In this document: positions 58,185 to 64,000 of the stretch, piece by piece
Layout of the letters: every line of letters begins with the position of its first letter
How positions within the stretch are numbered: the stretch's first letter is position 1
Notes under the pieces: model-generated
The model's database searches: none
What the model was told of the DNA's origin: nothing
Seen by the model: the letters and a program-made list of their open reading frames with translations, nothing else
Position numbers and translations under genes: made by a program
NCBI GenBank assembly: GCA_039915945.1
Contig: JBDSMH010000196.1
Location: 1,964 to 65,963, forward strand
DNA length: 64,000 bases
From: Acidimicrobiales bacterium
Lineage (GTDB): Bacteria; Actinomycetota; Acidimicrobiia; Acidimicrobiales; WLNW01
Direction of reading: 5' to 3'

Positions 58185-60521
58185 TCAGATCGTGCCGATC
58201 AACTCGAGAATGCGCGTCGGCGGCAGGTACTGGTCGGTGATCGTCACCGCGAACGGTGCGAGCGCGTCTTCGATGGCGTTGGTCAACGCTGCCGGAGCGC
58301 CGACCGCGCCGCCTTCGCCGACGCCGCGATGATCGACCGGCTCTTCGGGGGGCGACTCGAGGTGATCACACTCGATCGACGGCATTTCGACCGCGCCGGG
58401 GATCAGGTAGTCCATGAACGTGGTCGTCAGGAATTGACCGTCGGCGTCGTAGACGACGCGTTCGAACAACACATTGCCGATGCCCTGCACGATGCCCCCC
58501 CGCACCTGTCCCTCGACGATGGCGGGATTGATCATCTCGCCACAGTCTTCGGCGCTGAAATAACGCAAGATCTGCACCTCGCCGGTGGCGACGTCGACTT
58601 CGACCCAACAACAGTGTGTTGCCTGCGCCCAGCCCCCATCGGGAATGCCGAAGTCGTAGGTGCACTCGAAGCCGGGACTCATGTCGGGCGGCAGTGAACC
58701 CGTTGCCGTGTAGCCGGTCGCGGCGATCGTCGCCAGCGGTACGGCGCTGGCGGGCACGCCGCGCACCATCACTTCGCCGTCGGCGAGCACGACATCGGCG
58801 ACGGCGACTTCCTTCATGTGCGCGTAGATGCGCGCCACGCGGTCGCGCACTTCGCGGGCGGCGCCGATCACCGCGCCGCTGCCGAGCCGGGCCGCGCGGC
58901 TACCGCCCGTGCCGACGAGATTGAACGGTGTGCGTGCGGTGTCGCCGGCGACGACGCGCACCTTGTCGAGGCTGACGCCGAGTTGGTCGGCGGCCAACTG
59001 CCCCAGGGTCGTCTGGTGTGACTGGCCGTGCGGCATCTGCGATGTGAAGACGGTGAGCGTGCCGTCGGGCTCGAGGCGGGCGACGGCTCGTTGCGCCGAC
59101 CGGGGCGACGCCGAGGCTCCCATCGCCGCCGAGAAGTTGGGCGGCCCGGGCGCGTGCTCCATGAACGTGGCCATGCCGAAGCCGAGGTAACGACCTTCGC
59201 CGCGCAAGCGCTGCTGTTCGACGCGAAAGGCTTCGATGTCGACGTACTCGAGCGCACGCTCGTGCGTCTCGTACGCCGTCAGGTTGCTGATGGTCGGGCC
59301 GGTGACCATCTCGGTGGGGAGGTCGGCTTTGGTGAGCAGATTGCGCCGGCGGATCACGTGCGGCTCGACGCCCACCGCGCGCGCGACGAGTTGCAGCAGC
59401 CGTTCGCGTACCCAGGTCTCGGCGGCCCACGGTCCGCGGTAGGCGACGACGGTTGCCTTGTTTGTGGCCACGACCGTGGACTCGAAGCGGTAGTTGCGGA
59501 TGCGATACGCGTTGGGGAACACGATGCGCACGAGTGAGCTGTAGGCCGTCGTCGGCAGTGTGGTCAACTGGTACGAGCCCTGATCGGTGAACATGTGAAG
59601 CCGTGCGCCGAGGATCGTGCCCTCGGCGTCGACCGCGATCTCGGCCTCGAGGTGTTCGTCGCGCGCATGGCCCGCGGTCATCAAGTTCTCGACGCGGTCC
59701 TCGATCCACTTGACCGGTCGGCCGAGAATGAGCGATGCCGCCGCGACCGCAACGTCCTCGCGGCTGATGTACGCCTTTTGCCCGAACGAGCCACCGATAT
59801 CGCGGCATATCACCCGCACCTTGTGCGCGTCGATCGACAGCAACTGTGCGAGATGTACGCGCAGCGCGTGCGGGTTTTGGTGCGCGGCATGAAACAGGAG
59901 CTCGCCCGCCGCCGGGCGATAGTCGGCGATGGCCGCGCGTGACTCCATCGGTGCGTTGGTCATGCGCGAGAGACGAAACGTGTGCGCGATCACGTGGGTC
60001 GCGGAAGCGAACGCCTCGTCGACGGCGCCGTACTCCCACGTCTCGTTGTACAACTTGTTGGTAGCCGCGCTCTCGAACACGGCGGGCTTGTCTGCGTCGA
60101 GTGCATCGGCGATCGACACAATGGGTTCGAGTGGCGAGTAGGTGGCTTCGATCAGTTCGCAGGCGTCTTCCGCGATCGCACGCGAGGTCGCCACGACGAT
60201 CGCGACCGGGTCACCGACGAAGCGCACGCGATCGGACGCCAACGGACCGTACGGCGGCGTGTGATGCCCCTTTGGTCCGATCGGCTGCATGACGCCGACA
60301 CGGTCGGCGAACTCGGCAGCGGTCATGACGGCCACCACACCCGTCAACGCGCGCGCAAGCGAGACGTCGATCGACTCGAGGGTGGCGTGTGCGTGGGGGC
60401 TGCGACAGAACGCCGCGTGGAGCATGCCCGGCACGTGCATGTCATCGACGTAGGTGCCGCGCCCGGTGAGAATGCGCGGATCCTCGACCCGGCGCACTCG
60501 CGCCCCGACCAACTTGCTCAC
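58185..60521 (-). CDS. Xanthine dehydrogenase family molybdopterin-binding large subunit (orphan)
   Basis: RVEDPRILTG.G.YVDD, DIGGSFGQK, AYRGPW, HGQSH, GVGEGG. Confidence 0.9.
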   Translation of the reverse strand: MSKLVGARVRRVEDPRILTGRGTYVDDMHVPGMLHAAFCRSPHAHATLESIDVSLARALTGVVAVMTAAEFADRVGVMQPIGPKGHHTPPYGPLASDRVRFVGDPVAIVVATSRAIAEDACELIEATYSPLEPIVSIADALDADKPAVFESAATNKLYNETWEYGAVDEAFASATHVIAHTFRLSRMTNAPMESRAAIADYRPAAGELLFHAAHQNPHALRVHLAQLLSIDAHKVRVICRDIGGSFGQKAYISREDVAVAAASLILGRPVKWIEDRVENLMTAGHARDEHLEAEIAVDAEGTILGARLHMFTDQGSYQLTTLPTTAYSSLVRIVFPNAYRIRNYRFESTVVATNKATVVAYRGPWAAETWVRERLLQLVARAVGVEPHVIRRRNLLTKADLPTEMVTGPTISNLTAYETHERALEYVDIEAFRVEQQRLRGEGRYLGFGMATFMEHAPGPPNFSAAMGASASPRSAQRAVARLEPDGTLTVFTSQMPHGQSHQTTLGQLAADQLGVSLDKVRVVAGDTARTPFNLVGTGGSRAARLGSGAVIGAAREVRDRVARIYAHMKEVAVADVVLADGEVMVRGVPASAVPLATIAATGYTATGSLPPDMSPGFECTYDFGIPDGGWAQATHCCWVEVDVATGEVQILRYFSAEDCGEMINPAIVEGQVRGGIVQGIGNVLFERVVYDADGQFLTTTFMDYLIPGAVEMPSIECDHLESPPEEPVDHRGVGEGGAVGAPAALTNAIEDALAPFAVTITDQYLPPTRILELIGTI

Positions 60522-60588
60522 GTCGCGCTCCCTCTTGCCTCCGTCGGGAAGGCGTTACGCAAGATAGTGTCTCGCGGGGAGGTCGATC

Positions 60589-61287
60589 ATGCTCGGCTAC
60601 GCGCCTCGTTGCGTCTTCATGGTGTTCGCCAATCCACCGGCGGACCGTGTCGAGGAATTGCATCATTGGTACCAGGTGGTTCACGGCCCCGATGCGCTGG
60701 CGAACGGCTCGTTCAATGCGTTGCGGCGCTATCGCTGCGTCTCCAATCCTGACGCGCCGATGCTGGCGTTGTGGGAAGGCGAGTGGACGAGCGACAAGGA
60801 TGCGTGGGACTACATCGCGCCCCGGGCGCGTGAGCTGCACGATTCCGGCCGCATCGGCGACATCCCGAGCGCCGACTGGGCGTCGATGACCTTCTCGTCG
60901 GATCCGCCGTGCAAACCCCTCGACGTGCAGCCCCAACGCTCGATGACCATGGTGCAGAGCGACTGGTATCACCCGGTGCGGCAGCAGTCGTTGGCCGAGT
61001 GGGCGAACGAGACCGGACTCGACGCCGATCAGGTCGGCGGGCCCTGGCACGCGCGCTATTTCTACAGCGCGGACCCACTCGTCGAGGCCGGATTACACGT
61101 CGCGTTCTTCGAGAGCAACTACGAGGTCGACGAAGTCACCGACATGTGGTCCTCGATCGGCGCGTCGGGCCCGTCGCCCACCCGACCGTTCAAAGGGCTC
61201 TTCGAGGAGCGCGGGCAAGATGGGCCCGCGCCAGCACACGTGCCGGTCTACGTCTCGCATTGGGTGCCGATCGCCAACCTCCCCTGA
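60589..61287 (+). CDS. Hypothetical protein (EthD-like alpha/beta barrel possible)
   Basis: GGAGG RBS; ELHHWY..VHGPD motif. Confidence 0.6.
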   Translation: MLGYAPRCVFMVFANPPADRVEELHHWYQVVHGPDALANGSFNALRRYRCVSNPDAPMLALWEGEWTSDKDAWDYIAPRARELHDSGRIGDIPSADWASMTFSSDPPCKPLDVQPQRSMTMVQSDWYHPVRQQSLAEWANETGLDADQVGGPWHARYFYSADPLVEAGLHVAFFESNYEVDEVTDMWSSIGASGPSPTRPFKGLFEERGQDGPAPAHVPVYVSHWVPIANLP

Positions 61288-61288
61288 G

Positions 61289-62296
61289 TCAGAGGCCCGA
61301 GCGGCCTCCGGCAGAGCGGGGAACGAGGCTGGCGAATTGGCGGGCGGTCTCGATCATGGTGCGAGCGAACTCATGGAGATCGGTCGCGGTCGTCCGGGTC
61401 GGATCCGACAGCGAGCGCTGGTAGATGCCTTCGGTCAGCACGGCGAACTTGAAGCGGTACAGCACGTCGTAATACGTGAGATCGACGAGCGCGCGTCCTG
61501 ACCGCTCGGAGTAGTGCGCGAGCAGTTCGTCGGGGCGGGGCCAGCCGTCGCCGCTGCGCCGCTCGGTCCAGGTGCGCTTGAACCCGGCGACGTCGAGCAA
61601 GGGGTCGCCGATCGTGGCGGTCTCCCAGTCGAGCAACGCCGCGAGCATCGGTGGGTGCGTGCGGGCGACGAGCATGTTGTTGCCGTTGACGTCGCCGTGC
61701 ATGATCGTCGGTGTCCAATCGGCCGGGAGATTTGCCTCGAGCCACGAACCGACATCGTCGATGCCATCGAGCAGTTGCGACGGATACGAGTAGTACTGCG
61801 TCAACCAGCGCGTGCGTTGCCGCTTGTGAAAGCCCTCGATGCGCCCGAGGTCGGCGAGGCCGCGTTGGCGCCAGTCGACGGCATGCAGCGCGGCCATGGC
61901 ATCGACCGCCGAGAACGACATCGCACGGCGCGACTCGGGCGTCGCCCAGTCGCTCGGCAGCGGCTCGGTGGGCATGAAGCCGTCGACATAGGACATCACG
62001 TAGAAGACGCACCCCAGCACGTCGCGTTCGTCGCAGAGCGCGATCGGCGACGGATGGGGGACCGGCGTGCCCTCGAGGGCCGAGAGCAGACGGAACTCGC
62101 GCCGCATGCCGTCGTCGGCGCGGTCGAGGGCCACCGTGGCGGGGCGACGGAGCACCACCTGATCGCGCCCGTCGCTGACGAGATACGTGATGTTCGATCG
62201 GCCGGCGACGATGGTGCTGATGTCGATGGAGGGCCCACCCATGACGCCGGCGCGGTCGAGCCACGCGATGAGCGCCGCCTGCTCGGTGTCGTCCAT
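61289..62296 (-). CDS. Aminoglycoside phosphotransferase-like (ACAD10/11 N-type) kinase
   Basis: GRSNITY, VLRRP, FYVMSYVDG, HGD...N, LDWETATIGDPLLD. Confidence 0.88.
   Translation of the reverse strand: MDDTEQAALIAWLDRAGVMGGPSIDISTIVAGRSNITYLVSDGRDQVVLRRPATVALDRADDGMRREFRLLSALEGTPVPHPSPIALCDERDVLGCVFYVMSYVDGFMPTEPLPSDWATPESRRAMSFSAVDAMAALHAVDWRQRGLADLGRIEGFHKRQRTRWLTQYYSYPSQLLDGIDDVGSWLEANLPADWTPTIMHGDVNGNNMLVARTHPPMLAALLDWETATIGDPLLDVAGFKRTWTERRSGDGWPRPDELLAHYSERSGRALVDLTYYDVLYRFKFAVLTEGIYQRSLSDPTRTTATDLHEFARTMIETARQFASLVPRSAGGRSGL
61293..61320 (+). repeat. Dispersed hairpin repeat, copy 3
   Basis: AGGCCCGAGCGGCCTCCGGCAGAGCGGG. Confidence 0.65.
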
Positions 62297-62297
62297 C

Positions 62298-63137
62298 TCA
62301 GGCGGGCAGCGTGCCCATCTCGCGCGCGATGTCCTGTACTTGGAGATTGCCGCCGTTCGCGAAGTCGCCCGGCGGCGCCGCGAGAATGTGGGCGATCGTG
62401 TCACCGACGACCTCGACGGGCGCCGCGTGACGGCGCACGAACTCGAGCTTGTCCCCCGCGGCCATCACGCGTTCGGTGGCGACCGCTCCGGGCTGAAGGT
62501 TGTACATGACAAGGCCGTCGCGCTCGTGCTCGACCAGCACTTGCGCCACGATGCGATGGAACCCGGCCTTGGACACGCCGTAGGTGAGGGCCCATCCGCC
62601 TTCGCCGATGCGGGCGGGAGGCTTGGCGTAGCCCGCACCGCTGGTGACGTTGCCGACGACCCCGCCACCGCGCTCGACCATGTGCCGCACGATCGGTTGC
62701 ATCAACAACAATTGCGCCGCGACGTTGCCGTACAGCCGCTTTTCGATCTCGTCGGCCGGTGTGTCGAGGAAGAGCCGCTCGCCCGCCGGCCCGACGTAGA
62801 TCGCGTTGTTGCACAGCACGTCGACGTAGCCGAGCGCATCGAGCGCGGCCGGTCCGCACGCCAACACCTGGTCGCGATCGAGTAGATCGACGGCGATGGG
62901 GAAGGCCCGCTGACCCAGCGCTTCGATCGCTGCTGCGGTTGCGTCGAGCGAACCGCTGACCAACTTCAACTCCGGAAGCGCTTCGGCCTCGGGGCGCCGC
63001 GCGGCATCGCCTTCGTGTTGCGTGCGGCCGGTGAACGCGACGTCGTAACCACGACGCGCCAACCCCAACGCAACTTGCTTGCCGATGCCGCGCGTCGCTC
63101 CGGTGACCAGTGCCGTTCTTGCCGACGATGGGCTCAT
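62298..63137 (-). CDS. SDR family oxidoreductase
   Basis: TGATRGIG, NNA, YGVSK; TAACTT -10 box 7 nt upstream. Confidence 0.88.
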   Translation of the reverse strand: MSPSSARTALVTGATRGIGKQVALGLARRGYDVAFTGRTQHEGDAARRPEAEALPELKLVSGSLDATAAAIEALGQRAFPIAVDLLDRDQVLACGPAALDALGYVDVLCNNAIYVGPAGERLFLDTPADEIEKRLYGNVAAQLLLMQPIVRHMVERGGGVVGNVTSGAGYAKPPARIGEGGWALTYGVSKAGFHRIVAQVLVEHERDGLVMYNLQPGAVATERVMAAGDKLEFVRRHAAPVEVVGDTIAHILAAPPGDFANGGNLQVQDIAREMGTLPA

Positions 63138-63163
63138 GGCCGGCAAGTTAGCTGCTCGCCGAA

Positions 63164-64000
63164 CTATGCCGCTTCGAAGGCCCCCACGTCGGGACGGGCA
63201 TCGCGCGGCACACCGCGGATGTCGGTCGCCGGCGCCGACACCGTGCTGCCGCCGTTGATGGCCGGACTGTTCGCCGCCGGCGTGTAATCGGCGTTGACCG
63301 AGACGGAGGTGGTTTGGTCGCCGCTACCGACTTGCGCCGGCGCCTGGCTGCCGACGTAGACGTTGTGATCGAGTTGGACCTGCGCGCTCCACACCACTAC
63401 GCCTGCACCCGGACGTGACGCCACAGTGAGGTTGTTGCGGTAGATGAGGGCGGAGCTGGAGCTGGCGGTGAGCTCTCCACCGTCGATGTCGGGATGACGA
63501 AGGTTGTTCACGAGGGTGTTGTTGATCGCGAGGACGTTCTTCGCGTGGAACACGTGGACGCCGCGCCCGCCGTTCTCATAGCAGAGGTTGTTCTGGATCA
63601 GCGTCGAGCCGGTGTAACCGTTGTTGTCGTTGTAGTCGACGATGATGCAGTTGCCATCGGTGACCTTCTGCCCGGGCCCGGGAGGTGCGGTGTTGGTGTT
63701 GTGGTGCACTCGATTGCCGGAGATGTACATCGAGAACCCGTCGCCGTTGTTGCCTCCGCCGATGTTGGCCGACAGGAAGAACGAGATCGCCGACGTCTGG
63801 TATGTATTCCACTTCGACGCGCCGTAGACCTCGTTGCCTTCGATGCGCACGTGGTTCGACTCGATGCTGCAGATGCCGCAGCCACCGGTGTCGTGGACGA
63901 TGTTGCCGATCACCTTCACATGGTGCGAGGTCTTGACCTCGATGCCGTCGGTCATCTGCTGGTCGGATAATGCCGTGCCTTTGATCTCGAGCCCGCGGAT
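63164..64000 (-). CDS. Right-handed parallel beta-helix secreted protein, 5'-partial
   Basis: I.GN.V.. repeats, TDGNCIIVD, NGGRGV, C-terminal TDIRGVPR..PDVGAFE; frame runs off the window end. Confidence 0.8.
   Translation of the reverse strand: MRGLEIKGTALSDQQMTDGIEVKTSHHVKVIGNIVHDTGGCGICSIESNHVRIEGNEVYGASKWNTYQTSAISFFLSANIGGGNNGDGFSMYISGNRVHHNTNTAPPGPGQKVTDGNCIIVDYNDNNGYTGSTLIQNNLCYENGGRGVHVFHAKNVLAINNTLVNNLRHPDIDGGELTASSSSALIYRNNLTVASRPGAGVVVWSAQVQLDHNVYVGSQAPAQVGSGDQTTSVSVNADYTPAANSPAINGGSTVSAPATDIRGVPRDARPDVGAFEAA

Overview
High-GC actinobacterial chromosomal segment; gene content and order suggest an Acidimicrobiia-like genome (inference). The left half is a conserved housekeeping backbone (glmU-prs-rplY-pth-mfd-PPIase-mazG-eno-ftsB ... 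DUF501-ppx). It is interrupted by ald plus an F420-type oxidoreductase, and by a 10.6-kb form II CODH-like/xanthine-dehydrogenase-family cluster that itself contains an ABC-2 exporter. At about 39.3 kb a tRNA-Leu(UAA) carries a 3.1-kb integrated element: a 53/54-bp att duplication, 22-bp putative arm-site repeats, a tyrosine integrase with one in-frame TGA, and vapBC, with a mazEF pair just outside attR. The right half is mostly catabolic or accessory genes. The most unusual signals are a highly structured ~150-nt leader (c-di-AMP-riboswitch-like but non-canonical) before a sortase-type surface protein, a GlmU lacking its acetyltransferase half, a His-for-Lys DegT-family enzyme outside any NDP-sugar cluster, and three families of short palindromic repeats. 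No CRISPR array or rRNA was seen. All family assignments are by motif recognition; no database search was run.
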